From contig CAOJDX010000002.1 of NCBI GenBank assembly GCA_948433435.1, positions 25,432-89,431 on the forward strand: a stretch of DNA of 64,000 nt, read 5' to 3'. The translations under genes and the position numbers were made by a program. Under the pieces are notes generated by a model. That model searched no databases. It was not told the origin of the DNA and saw only the letters and a list, made by a program, of their open reading frames with translations. Source of the DNA: an uncultured Clostridia bacterium (GTDB lineage: Bacteria > Bacillota_I > Bacilli_A > RF39 > UBA660). Positions 41,286-50,681 of this stretch are shown in pieces (position 1 is the first letter of the stretch; every line of letters begins with the position of its first letter).

Positions 41286-41834
41286 ATGGCTGATACTATG
41301 GAAGCAGCCAACACAGAAAAATCACAAGTCGATTTTAAGGAAATAACAAGTTACATTTTCGAGGAATTATCTAAACGAAATTTATTACGCAAAGGAACAT
41401 CTACGTATCAAAACACAGAGTCGCTTTTATACAAGTACAATGATTTAAAAAAATCTATCGAAGATCGCGAAGACGAAATCGAAGAAATTAAGACTTCTGG
41501 ACTACGCGCAAAATCTAAAAGTATTTTAAAAATGCCAGAAGGAAGTCATAGCGATCATGATACGATCGAAGAAGAAATAATCGAAGGTCTTATCGGAGAC
41601 ATCAAAAAAACGCAGCTTGTAATTAACCGTATAGACCGCATAATTAAAAAATTTAACTCTGATAAATACATAGATATTATCAAGTTAAAATATTTCGAAA
41701 ATAAAACGCAACAAGAAATAGCCGAAACACTTGATAAAGATACATCTACAATATGGCGAAATAACAAGAGACTTATTAACGAAATTAAGGTTTATTTATT
41801 CCCTAACGACGTTGTGAAAGAATTAACCTCTTGA
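41286..41834 (+). CDS. ArpU/RinA-like phage late transcriptional regulator (sigma-70 region-4-like)
   Basis: It has a C-terminal KLKYFENKTQQEIAETLDKDTSTIWRNNKRL helix-turn-helix. It sits directly upstream of the packaging module. Confidence 0.55.
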   Translation: MADTMEAANTEKSQVDFKEITSYIFEELSKRNLLRKGTSTYQNTESLLYKYNDLKKSIEDREDEIEEIKTSGLRAKSKSILKMPEGSHSDHDTIEEEIIEGLIGDIKKTQLVINRIDRIIKKFNSDKYIDIIKLKYFENKTQQEIAETLDKDTSTIWRNNKRLINEIKVYLFPNDVVKELTS

Positions 41835-41867
41835 CAAAATGCAATAACCCACGCAATACCCACGCCA

Positions 41868-41957
41868 TTGACATAGCAATTTTTATACTTTATAATGTGT
41901 ATAATATGAAATAATTGGAAATGCGAAAACACGTCTTTTTACAGGCGTGTTTTTTTC
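41868..41957 (+). promoter_or_regulatory. Late-operon promoter (TTGACA-N17-TATAAT) immediately followed by a hairpin plus T-run
   Basis: TTGACA lies at 41868-41873 and TATAAT at 41891-41896. The hairpin aaacacg-tctttttacagg-cgtgttttttt lies at 41927-41957. Upstream there are repeated CAATAACCCACGC/CAATACCCACGC motifs. Confidence 0.5.
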
Positions 41958-41976
41958 GCGTGTTGCGAGGTGGTAT

Positions 41977-42307
41977 TATGGCTAGAGATTTCGCTAAAGC
42001 TTTCTATCAGTCTACCGCGTGGCGCAAGACAAGAGCCTATATCTTTAACAAAGAGCATGGTATCTGTCAGCGTTGTCATGGTGCTAATGGACCAGGCGAA
42101 ATAGTACACCATAAAATCTACCTTACTCCTTCCAATATTCATAACCCAGCTATCACACTGGGAGAGGACAACCTAGAGCTATTGTGTAGAGTATGCCATG
42201 CTTTAGAGCATGAGTCAGAACTGCCAACAGATAAGAGCCTTATGTTCGACGAGGAAGGTAACCTAGTAGAGAGGAGTGTTGACAATGACTATCACAGTCT
42301 ATACTAA
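41977..42307 (+). CDS. HNH endonuclease (packaging-associated)
   Basis: It has CQRCHG...HHKIYL...N...CRVCHALEH. It lies adjacent to terS/terL. The start was chosen at ATG 41977, after GAGGTGG. Confidence 0.8.
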
Positions 42308-42563
42308 CTATTTGATTATGTCTTATGATGTAGTGTTCCATGGTACTACTACAGAGCTAGCTAAAGCTCTGGACGAAGGACCTGTACTACTAAGCATTAA
42401 AGGCGGTGGCGAAGTGTTAATAAATTCTGTCAACGCTGCTTTAATCGAAATAAAAGACTCCCCCCTAACTTAAAAAATATTTGCTTCACAGTGAACCGCA
42501 CTTGTGTCCTTTCTTGAACCGCTTCGGTCGTGTGAGGGGGGTGTAGTCAAAGGTGGTGGAAAA

Positions 42564-42950
42564 ATGGAAAATGAGGACGTTAATTCTAAAGAATTAAAAG
42601 AAGTACCAGACTATAACAAAGAGTTAAAAAAACTTAATAAAATCTTTAAAAATATCTCAAAAGATAAAAAAGATTTGGTACAAAAGTTAATAAAAAGTGC
42701 TGCTTTTATGACAGTAGAATTGACTAAGCTAGAGAACTACATCAGTATACATGGTGTTTCTGAAACATACCAAAACGGAGAAAATCAGTACGGAACGAAA
42801 ACAAGTACAGAAGCCAGTGTATATAACACCATGATTAAAAATTATACGTCGATCATAAAGCAATTATGCGAACTATTGCCAGAAGGTTTACCAAACACAA
42901 AGGAAGGTAACGCCTTAATGAACTTTGCTACTAAACCTAAAGGGCGATAG
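42564..42950 (+). CDS. Terminase small subunit (P27-like)
   Basis: It lies upstream of terL. Its size and helical character fit a P27-like small subunit. The start was chosen at ATG 42564, after AAGGTGGTGG. Confidence 0.65.
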   Translation: MENEDVNSKELKEVPDYNKELKKLNKIFKNISKDKKDLVQKLIKSAAFMTVELTKLENYISIHGVSETYQNGENQYGTKTSTEASVYNTMIKNYTSIIKQLCELLPEGLPNTKEGNALMNFATKPKGR

Positions 42951-42953
42951 CTA

Positions 42954-44600
42954 ATGAATTATATTCGAGAGTATAATTCAAAAATACAGTCTGGCGAAAT
43001 TAAAACAAGTCGCAGAGTTAAAGCTGTTTATGCTCGATTAGTTAAAGAAATGGACGACGAAAACTCGTCTTTTTATTTTGACGAAGACGCAGCTATGAGA
43101 CCTATAGAGTTTACCGAGACTTTTTGTAAACAGTCTCAGGGAGAACTTGGAGCAGATCTAAAGTTAGAACTATTCCAAAAAGCTTATATACAAGCTTTAT
43201 TCGGTTTCTTAGAAAAAGAGTCAGGGTATCGAAGATTTAACGAGACCATGTTCTTAGTCGGTCGTAAAAATGGTAAGACTACACTTTTATCTTCCATAGC
43301 GCTTTATATGTTAATTGCTGACTATGAAGGCGCAGCAGAAATATACTCAGTAGCGACAAAGAAAGATCAAGCTAAGAAATGTTTAACAGAAGCTGTAAAC
43401 ATGGTTAAGCAGAGCCCAGAGTTAAGAGCTGTTTTAAAGAAACGAAGAAACGATCTATACTTTAGTGCCACTTCTTCTATCTTTGAGGCGTTAGCTTCTG
43501 ACTCTAACACGTTGGACGGTCTTAATAGCCACGCGGTTATTATAGACGAGCTACACGCAATTAAAGACCGTAATTTATACGAAGTTATGAAACAGTCTAT
43601 GTCAGCACGTCGTCAACCATTACTTGTAATGATTACTACTGCTGGTACGGTACGCGAGTGTATCTTTGACGATAAGTACGATTATGCTTGTAGAATCGCT
43701 GACGGCGAAATAACAGACGATCACTTTTTACCTATTCTTTACGAACTAGATAATCGTAACGAGTGGACTGATCCGTCATGTTGGGTAAAAGCTAACCCAG
43801 GTTTAGGTACAATTAAGAGTTATAACACTTTAGCTCGTTTCGTTGAAACCGCTAAAAATGACTCGAAAGAATTACCAGGAGTTTTATGTAAAGATTTCAA
43901 TATTCGTGAAAACGATAGCAACACTTGGCTTACTTTTACAGAAATAAATAATACTGAAACTTTTGACATTGAAGACTTAAAAGATACTTACGCTATCGGT
44001 GGTTGTGATTTATCAGCAACAACAGACCTTACGTGTTCTTCCCTACTTATCAGAAAACCTAACGACGAGAAAATATATGTTATACAACATTATTTCTTAC
44101 CACAGGCGAAAATTGATAAGTTAGACGAGAAAAATACACAAGAAGCGCCATACAAGATATGGCGTGATCGAGGGTTACTCACAGTCTGCGAAGGAAACCG
44201 TGTCAATTATTCACAGGTTACGGAGTGGTTTGTAGAAATGCAGCAAAAGTATAGTATTGATCCTATTTATGTTGGTTATGATAGAGCCTTAGCTGGTTAT
44301 TGGGTAGACGAAATGACATCAAACGGCTTTCAAATGGAGTCTGTCGCACAAGGACCATTTACTTGGTCGCAGCCAATGCGTGAAATGGGAGCAGCTTTAG
44401 CGGATCATAAAGTAAATTACAATAATAACCCTATTCTTAAGTGGTGTTTATCTAATACAGCTGTTAAGAAAAGCGGTTTAAATAATATACAACCTATAAA
44501 AATAAATGAACGTCGTAGAATTGACGGAGCCGTTTCTTTATTAAATGCTTGGGTTTTATACGTTAAGCATTATGAAGACTTTATGTATAATGTGGGGTGA
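42954..44600 (+). CDS. Terminase large subunit
   Basis: It is 548 aa with an ATPase Walker A-like motif (VGRKNGKTT), Walker B (VIIDELHA) and a C-terminal nuclease fold. Confidence 0.9.
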   Translation: MNYIREYNSKIQSGEIKTSRRVKAVYARLVKEMDDENSSFYFDEDAAMRPIEFTETFCKQSQGELGADLKLELFQKAYIQALFGFLEKESGYRRFNETMFLVGRKNGKTTLLSSIALYMLIADYEGAAEIYSVATKKDQAKKCLTEAVNMVKQSPELRAVLKKRRNDLYFSATSSIFEALASDSNTLDGLNSHAVIIDELHAIKDRNLYEVMKQSMSARRQPLLVMITTAGTVRECIFDDKYDYACRIADGEITDDHFLPILYELDNRNEWTDPSCWVKANPGLGTIKSYNTLARFVETAKNDSKELPGVLCKDFNIRENDSNTWLTFTEINNTETFDIEDLKDTYAIGGCDLSATTDLTCSSLLIRKPNDEKIYVIQHYFLPQAKIDKLDEKNTQEAPYKIWRDRGLLTVCEGNRVNYSQVTEWFVEMQQKYSIDPIYVGYDRALAGYWVDEMTSNGFQMESVAQGPFTWSQPMREMGAALADHKVNYNNNPILKWCLSNTAVKKSGLNNIQPIKINERRRIDGAVSLLNAWVLYVKHYEDFMYNVG

Positions 44601-44604
44601 TCTA

Positions 44605-45897
44605 ATGAAACAAAGAGGCTTATTTAAAACTATATTCGGTGGAACTCCTAAAACTACTATGTCTGACGCTACTAGTTACAATATTTATAGTTTGTTAAAT
44701 TCTTTTCAAACTACTTTTTATAATAATACTGGTAACGCATGGGACATGGACGTTGTTAGAAGTGCCGTTGACGCGTATTGTAGAAACTTTGCTAAATTAA
44801 AAGCAAAACATACACGCGCTGGTAAAACTGGTAAATCAAAAATAGAAAGATTATTAAATTATAGACCAAACTCACAAATGGAAGCGTATAGCTTCTATTA
44901 TAAAGTGGCTGCTAATTTAAAACTTACTAATAACGCATTTATTTACCCAGAGTTTTCTCCTAGTGGAGAATTATTGAATTTTTGGCCGTTAATGTCCGAT
45001 AAAATCGGACTGTTAGAGAAAAAAGGACAATTATATTTAAAATTTATGTTTAAAACTGGAAAGATTAAAGTTGTTCCTTATGAGAGTGTTATTCACATGA
45101 GAGGACATTTCTTTAATCATGATATTTTCGGTAGTAAAAATACCGCTTTACTTCCAGCTTTAGAAACAGCAGGAGCTATTAACAATGGTGTTTCTAACTT
45201 CGCTAAAATGATAAATAGTATTAGAGGTATCTTATCAGCTAAAGTAACGTCTAAAGACGAAGACTTAGCGAAAGCAAGAGATAAATTCGTAGAGAATAAC
45301 TTTAAAATATCTTCTAATGGTAGTGGAATAATTGTTACTGATAATAAAATGGACTACACTTCTATTAACGAGAAGTCTACACCTATCTCAAAGGAACATT
45401 TAGCGTATGTTAAAAATGCTATATATGATTATTTCGGAGTTAATGAAGCTATCGTACAAAATAAATTTGACGAAAACCAATGGAACGCTTTTTATGAGGG
45501 AGCTATTGAGCCTGTATCAATACAGATGTCTCAATGTTTTACTAATATCTTATTTACGGAAAATGAGCGTAATTATGGTAACGAGATTACGTTCGAAGCT
45601 AATAGACTACAATATGCTTCTAATACTACAAAGATAAGTATTGTAGAAAAATTAGCGCCTTTAGGAGTCTTAAGGAAAAATGCTATATTAGAAATTTTTA
45701 ATATGGCGCCGCTTCCAGACGAGGAAGGCGAAAAAGTTATACAGTCTTTAAATTGGATCAACGCAGATAAAGCAGACGAGTACCAAACTAAAGATAAAGA
45801 GGCTACTCCTCCACCTAAAGAGGACGAAGTAGATCCACCAGACGAAACAGACGAAGAAACTGACGACGAAGGAGGTGTTGAAAATGGCGACGAATAA
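44605..45897 (+). CDS. Portal protein
   Basis: It lies downstream of terL, is about 430 aa and has an acidic C-terminal tail (EVDPPDETDEETDDEGG). Confidence 0.8.
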   Translation: MKQRGLFKTIFGGTPKTTMSDATSYNIYSLLNSFQTTFYNNTGNAWDMDVVRSAVDAYCRNFAKLKAKHTRAGKTGKSKIERLLNYRPNSQMEAYSFYYKVAANLKLTNNAFIYPEFSPSGELLNFWPLMSDKIGLLEKKGQLYLKFMFKTGKIKVVPYESVIHMRGHFFNHDIFGSKNTALLPALETAGAINNGVSNFAKMINSIRGILSAKVTSKDEDLAKARDKFVENNFKISSNGSGIIVTDNKMDYTSINEKSTPISKEHLAYVKNAIYDYFGVNEAIVQNKFDENQWNAFYEGAIEPVSIQMSQCFTNILFTENERNYGNEITFEANRLQYASNTTKISIVEKLAPLGVLRKNAILEIFNMAPLPDEEGEKVIQSLNWINADKADEYQTKDKEATPPPKEDEVDPPDETDEETDDEGGVENGDE

Positions 45898-46034
45898 TAA
45901 TCAAAGTCAGGAGACTAAAGATATTAAAGTTGTAAAACTTAATAATTTTATTAGCTATGAACTTTTAAAGAAAATGAAAGAAAAAGAGCCTAATACTAAG
46001 TTTATCTTGCCTAATGGAAAGGAGGCTGTCCTAA

Positions 46035-46652
46035 ATGACAAAAAATAATTTAATAAATAAGACAGGTCGTGAATTTAGAGCGTTTTGTTCTTTTGAACTA
46101 AAGGAGCAACGAAGCGACGACGGCGAAAGTCAAGATTACGTACACGGCGTTCCAGTAGTATTTAATACTCCTACTTGTCTTTATGAATATGAAGGCGTTA
46201 AATTCTACGAACAGATAGACCGACACGCATTTGATAGCTGTGATATGTCAGATGTTATATTTAATTATAATCATGGTGGACGTGTTGCCGCTCGCCTTAG
46301 AAATAACACCTTAAAATTAACTATAAATGATGTCGGTATGGAAATGGACGCATTTTTAGGGGGTACACAATTTGGTAGAGACCTTTTAGAAGATATAAGA
46401 GGTGGCTATATAGATAAAATGAGTTTTGCTTTTGTAGTAGCAGCTGACGGCGACGAGTACGATCCGTTAACTCATACAAGAACAATAACTAAAATTAAGA
46501 AGCTATACGACGTATCAGCCGTTGATATACCAGCTTACGATACAACAAGTATCTCAGCTAGAGATCTCTTTTCGGAGGAGTACGAAAAAGAGATAAGAGC
46601 TTTGGAGGAAGCCAAACTACGTGAGATATGTATAGCAAAAAGTAAAATCTAA
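46035..46652 (+). CDS. HK97-family prohead protease
   Basis: It is in the conserved position and has a length and motifs typical of the Caudovirales prohead protease. Confidence 0.8.
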   Translation: MTKNNLINKTGREFRAFCSFELKEQRSDDGESQDYVHGVPVVFNTPTCLYEYEGVKFYEQIDRHAFDSCDMSDVIFNYNHGGRVAARLRNNTLKLTINDVGMEMDAFLGGTQFGRDLLEDIRGGYIDKMSFAFVVAADGDEYDPLTHTRTITKIKKLYDVSAVDIPAYDTTSISARDLFSEEYEKEIRALEEAKLREICIAKSKI

Positions 46653-46678
46653 AATTGTTCGAATAAGGAGGAATAAAC

Positions 46679-47830
46679 ATGAACGAAAAAAGATTAAAAG
46701 AAATTGAAGCTAGAAAGGCTGAAATTAAATCACTTTTAGAAAACCCAAAAGAAGAAATTGATTTAAAATCAATTAACGCGGAATTAGATAGTTTAAATAC
46801 TGAAAAGGAAGCTATCGAAGAAAGAGCAGCTATCGCTCGCAGCTTAGAAACAGGAGAAGAAACTCCAGATCATGAAGAAAAAGCGCCTAGTGTTGAAGAC
46901 ACAAAAGAAGAAAGAAACGAGGTTAAGAATATGAATAAAGAATATCGTAGTGCTTACTTAAAGAACTTAAGAGGCCTAGAATTAACAGACGCTGAAAAAA
47001 GAGCCTTTACTGTTAGTGGAGCTGGCGCTGTTATTCCAGTTGAAACTGCTGACGAAATTATGAAGAAGATTAAAGATCAAGCTCCACTATTAAGCGAAAT
47101 CACATTACTTAACGTAAAAGGAAATGTTAAGTTTGCTGTTGAAGGTGTTAAAACTGACGCTGCAGGTCATACAGAAAATGCTACTATCTCAGCTGATAAC
47201 GATACACTTGTAACAGTATCATTAAACGGTTACGAAATCACTAAGAAAATTCAAGTATCTGATAGTGTTATGACTATGAGTAACGACGCTTTCGAAGGTT
47301 GGTTAACTTCTATGATCGCTGAAATGTTAGCAGATAAAATTTGTTACTTAATCATTAAAGGTAGTGGTACTAATGAAGCTACTGGAATTGATAAAGCTAA
47401 CACTTGGGGAGCTGGTAACTCTGTTACAGTCGGTAAGACTGCTAGCTTAACAGAAGCTAACGTACAAGCTTTAATCGGTATGTTAAAGGCTGGTTACGGT
47501 AAAAACGCTAAATTTTTAATGAATAATGAAACTTTATTTAATGATTTCATGCCATTACAAAATCTAGCTAAAAACTCTATCGTTACAGAAAAAGACGGTA
47601 CTTACTATGTATATGGTAAAGAAGTTATGCTTTCTGACGACGTAGCAGCACATGAGGCTTATCTTGGTAACTTTAAAAAGTATGTTGGTAACCTAGCAGA
47701 AGAAGTTACTATCGTAAGTGGTTTTGATATTGACACTAACTCTTATAAATATCTTGGAAAAGCTATCTTTGACGGTAAATGTGCTATTGGAGAAGCTTTT
47801 GTAAAATTAGTAAAAGCTACTACTGCCTAA
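46679..47830 (+). CDS. Major capsid protein (HK97 fold) with N-terminal coiled-coil delta/scaffold region
   Basis: It is 383 aa with a coiled-coil N-terminus and lies after the protease. Confidence 0.85.
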   Translation: MNEKRLKEIEARKAEIKSLLENPKEEIDLKSINAELDSLNTEKEAIEERAAIARSLETGEETPDHEEKAPSVEDTKEERNEVKNMNKEYRSAYLKNLRGLELTDAEKRAFTVSGAGAVIPVETADEIMKKIKDQAPLLSEITLLNVKGNVKFAVEGVKTDAAGHTENATISADNDTLVTVSLNGYEITKKIQVSDSVMTMSNDAFEGWLTSMIAEMLADKICYLIIKGSGTNEATGIDKANTWGAGNSVTVGKTASLTEANVQALIGMLKAGYGKNAKFLMNNETLFNDFMPLQNLAKNSIVTEKDGTYYVYGKEVMLSDDVAAHEAYLGNFKKYVGNLAEEVTIVSGFDIDTNSYKYLGKAIFDGKCAIGEAFVKLVKATTA

Positions 47831-47861
47831 CTAATAAAAAATAATATAAAGGAGTGATATT

Positions 47862-48185
47862 ATGGCTGAAAAGCAACAAATTAGTAAGGAGTTTTTAGCA
47901 GAAGCTAAAGGCTGCCTAAGAATTACTACTGACGATCAAGTAATAAATACTGAAATCGTATCTCTTATTAAAGCTTGTCAAAGAGATTTAATAAGAAACG
48001 GTATTACTCCTAGTTTAGCTAATGGTTTGGAGGACAGTCTAATAAAAATGGCTGTCCTTACTTATCTTAAAGCTGAGTTTGGGTTAGATAATAAAAACCG
48101 TGATAAGTTTAGAGCTTCTTACGAACAGTTAAGAGCTGATCTTTCTTTAACGGACGATTACATTACCGAAAAGAAGGTGTCGTAA
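47862..48185 (+). CDS. Head-tail connector (gp6-like)
   Basis: It is assigned by size and position. Confidence 0.6.
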   Translation: MAEKQQISKEFLAEAKGCLRITTDDQVINTEIVSLIKACQRDLIRNGITPSLANGLEDSLIKMAVLTYLKAEFGLDNKNRDKFRASYEQLRADLSLTDDYITEKKVS

Positions 48186-48186
48186 T

Positions 48187-48498
48187 ATGTGGAGTGATGT
48201 TTTATATTTATTAGAAGAAATAGAAACTTTCGATAAACTTAATCGCCCCCACACTTCTTTTAAAGAGAAAAAAGTTTATGCTAACAAAATATCAGTAAAA
48301 AGATCTGAATATTATCAGGCGCAAGCCGCAGGTTTTAAACCAGAAAAATGTTTTGAAATAAAGACTATAGAATTTGACGAAGATAGATATACTCACGCTA
48401 AATACAACGACGTAACATATAAGATATTACGATCTTACGAAGTAGATAGCGAGACTACAGAAATTACTTTGACAGGACTTTCTAATAAACATGAGTAA
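48187..48498 (+). CDS. Head closure / head-tail adaptor
   Basis: It is assigned by size and position. Confidence 0.45.
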   Translation: MWSDVLYLLEEIETFDKLNRPHTSFKEKKVYANKISVKRSEYYQAQAAGFKPEKCFEIKTIEFDEDRYTHAKYNDVTYKILRSYEVDSETTEITLTGLSNKHE

Positions 48499-49015
48499 TA
48501 ATGATATTAAGTTTATAGATACATCTAAAGAAGTTAAAAGCACTATGGTAAAGCTTTCGAAGTCTGCTCTACGTGCTTCTGCTAAAGTGGCTGGTAAAGC
48601 TATTAGAGAAAATACACAAAAATATACTGGTAAGCTTTCTAAACAAGTTGGCTACTGGCCGAGAATAAACCGAGATACAGGACAACCAGAATTACAGATC
48701 GGCTATTATTCTAAAGGACAAGCTAAGAAAAAAGGGAAATCTCCGTCTCATGCTAACCCAGCATGGAGCGAGTTTGGAGTCAACCCCCATGTAATAAGCA
48801 TAAAAAAAGCTAATACTTTGAGTAATGGTAAAATCAATTTTGGTAAATCTGTTAGCCACCCTGGCCTTAGAGGTCAAAGTATATTGCGAAATAGTGTTTT
48901 CAATAATATAGACGCAATTAAGGACGCACAAAAAGAATTTTTATCAGCATTAAATAAAACGATAGAAGCCGCTGGAGGTAAAGTCGTAGAAAGTGAGGAG
49001 ATAGAAGATGCCTAA
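48491..49015 (+). CDS. HK97 gp10-like neck protein
   Basis: It is assigned by position. Confidence 0.4.
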   Translation: MSNNDIKFIDTSKEVKSTMVKLSKSALRASAKVAGKAIRENTQKYTGKLSKQVGYWPRINRDTGQPELQIGYYSKGQAKKKGKSPSHANPAWSEFGVNPHVISIKKANTLSNGKINFGKSVSHPGLRGQSILRNSVFNNIDAIKDAQKEFLSALNKTIEAAGGKVVESEEIEDA

Positions 49016-49370
49016 TTCAAAAGAAGTTTTTATAGCTATTCAAGAATATGTTAATTCTAAAGACGTTATAAAACTTTATTATGAAGAAGCTAGCAAAAAA
49101 GCTACTTTCCCCTATGGTGTAATAACTGATCCTGTTGAGACAAGTTTAAGATATGGTAATTTAGTGTATTTTGATATAAATATATGGTCCAAAGAGCCTA
49201 CTACAGGCGACGACTTGGAAGATATAGTCAGAAAGCTAATTAACTTATTAGATAGTAAACTATTTTCTAAACAAAGAGCTGTAGTATATTTCGAGACACA
49301 GAAGCCAGTATCTGATCCAGAATTTGAACTCATAAAAAAACAAGTAACATTTAGTATTAAAGTATTTTAA
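49008..49370 (+). CDS. Tail completion protein
   Basis: It is assigned by position. Confidence 0.4.
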   Translation: MPNSKEVFIAIQEYVNSKDVIKLYYEEASKKATFPYGVITDPVETSLRYGNLVYFDINIWSKEPTTGDDLEDIVRKLINLLDSKLFSKQRAVVYFETQKPVSDPEFELIKKQVTFSIKVF

Positions 49371-49384
49371 AGGAGGGAAAACTA

Positions 49385-49951
49385 ATGTTAAGAGTATTTA
49401 CTGAAAATGACGTCAAGAAAATTCAAATAGACGAAGGTATTGTCGTTTTTAACTTAGGCGAAACAGACGAGATGATCGTAGGACCTACTCGTGGTGGTGC
49501 TGAAATGACTATAACTCCAGAAATTAGAGACATTGAGTTTGACGGTCGCCGTGGTAAAACTGCTGGTATGCAAGTTATCGACGGAGAGGACGCAACTATT
49601 AAGGTTGTTTCTCTATGTTGTAGTCAAGAACTATTACAAAAAGGGTTACCTAACTCTGTAATAGATCCTACTACTAAAGTAATTACACAAGGAAACTTCG
49701 GTGTAATTAGTAAGGAAAAATATCTTAAAACTATCGACATCATTACACAAATGTTAGACGGTACTTATAAGATATTAACATTTAATTACGGTTTACATGA
49801 AGGAGCATTTACTTATAAAGCAGCTCCTAAGGCTGAAAACGAACATAATCTTGAAATTATACCTCATTATACTATTGACGATAGTAGTAAGCTATATGCT
49901 ATTAAAGATAGTGAAACTTGTCCTATTACAGTAGGTCAACCTGGAGAATAA
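49385..49951 (+). CDS. Major tail protein
   Basis: It is 188 aa and lies immediately before the chaperone and tape-measure genes. Confidence 0.6.
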   Translation: MLRVFTENDVKKIQIDEGIVVFNLGETDEMIVGPTRGGAEMTITPEIRDIEFDGRRGKTAGMQVIDGEDATIKVVSLCCSQELLQKGLPNSVIDPTTKVITQGNFGVISKEKYLKTIDIITQMLDGTYKILTFNYGLHEGAFTYKAAPKAENEHNLEIIPHYTIDDSSKLYAIKDSETCPITVGQPGE

Positions 49952-50025
49952 AAATAAAATTTATTCTCCTTTTTGTTTTCTATTTGAGCGATAACAAAAG
50001 GGAGAATAATAGAAAGAAGGAAATT

Positions 50026-50409
50026 ATGAAAACAGAATATTTACTAATGTTAAGTGAAATCATAGATAAAATGGAGATCACAGAAGAATTAAAATCTTTA
50101 GAAGTAAACACAGGCGACGAAAAGAAAGATCAAGAAGAGTTAGGAAAACAGCTTATAGCTCTTCTTATTACACGTATTTATAAGTGTAAAAAAGAAGTTT
50201 ATAAGTTTATTGCTACTTATAAAGGGTATTACCCAGAAGAATTAGAATTTGATAGCGAAGATACAGAAGAAATCAAGAAAGATAAAACTAATAAATATGA
50301 TCTTGCTTGTAAGGAAGCTATAAAGAAAGCTAAAAATGAAGATGTAATCGCTATTTTAAAAGAAGTATCTAAACTTCCTGGTTTATCGGATTTTTTATCT
50401 ATAGCGTAA
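50026..50409 (+). CDS. Tail assembly chaperone (G-like)
   Basis: It is acidic, lies upstream of the tape-measure gene and ends at a slippery site. Confidence 0.6.
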   Translation: MKTEYLLMLSEIIDKMEITEELKSLEVNTGDEKKDQEELGKQLIALLITRIYKCKKEVYKFIATYKGYYPEELEFDSEDTEEIKKDKTNKYDLACKEAIKKAKNEDVIAILKEVSKLPGLSDFLSIA

Positions 50410-50681
50410 GTATCGGTACTGCGGAGGTCTTACGAATATTATATAAGCATTATGGCGGCTTAGACTGGTTTGAGGGTAAGCCGTCTTTTTTATTAGGTAA
50501 ATGTTTAGATAATGCTATAAAAAAAGAAACTGAGCTGCCTAAACTAATTAACGAAATAGTTAAGAAAATATCTAATAAAAAGTCTTTTGTTCCTCAATTA
50601 GAACAAAAGTCTAAAAAGAAAATGCGAAGCGCAGAAGAAATTATGAAAGATTACGGTTTAGGAGGTGTTAAACTTGGCTAG
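50026..50681 (+). CDS. Tail assembly chaperone -1 frameshift fusion (GT-like)
   Basis: The slippery heptamer T_TTT_TTA lies at 50391-50397. The -1 frame is open for a further 94 codons and ends at TAG 50679-50681. Confidence 0.5.

Noticed and set aside
45884-46048. 53-aa ORF bridging portal and protease genes
   Set aside because: It overlaps both well-supported genes and is probably a chance ORF. It could be a small scaffold-like peptide, but there is no evidence for that.
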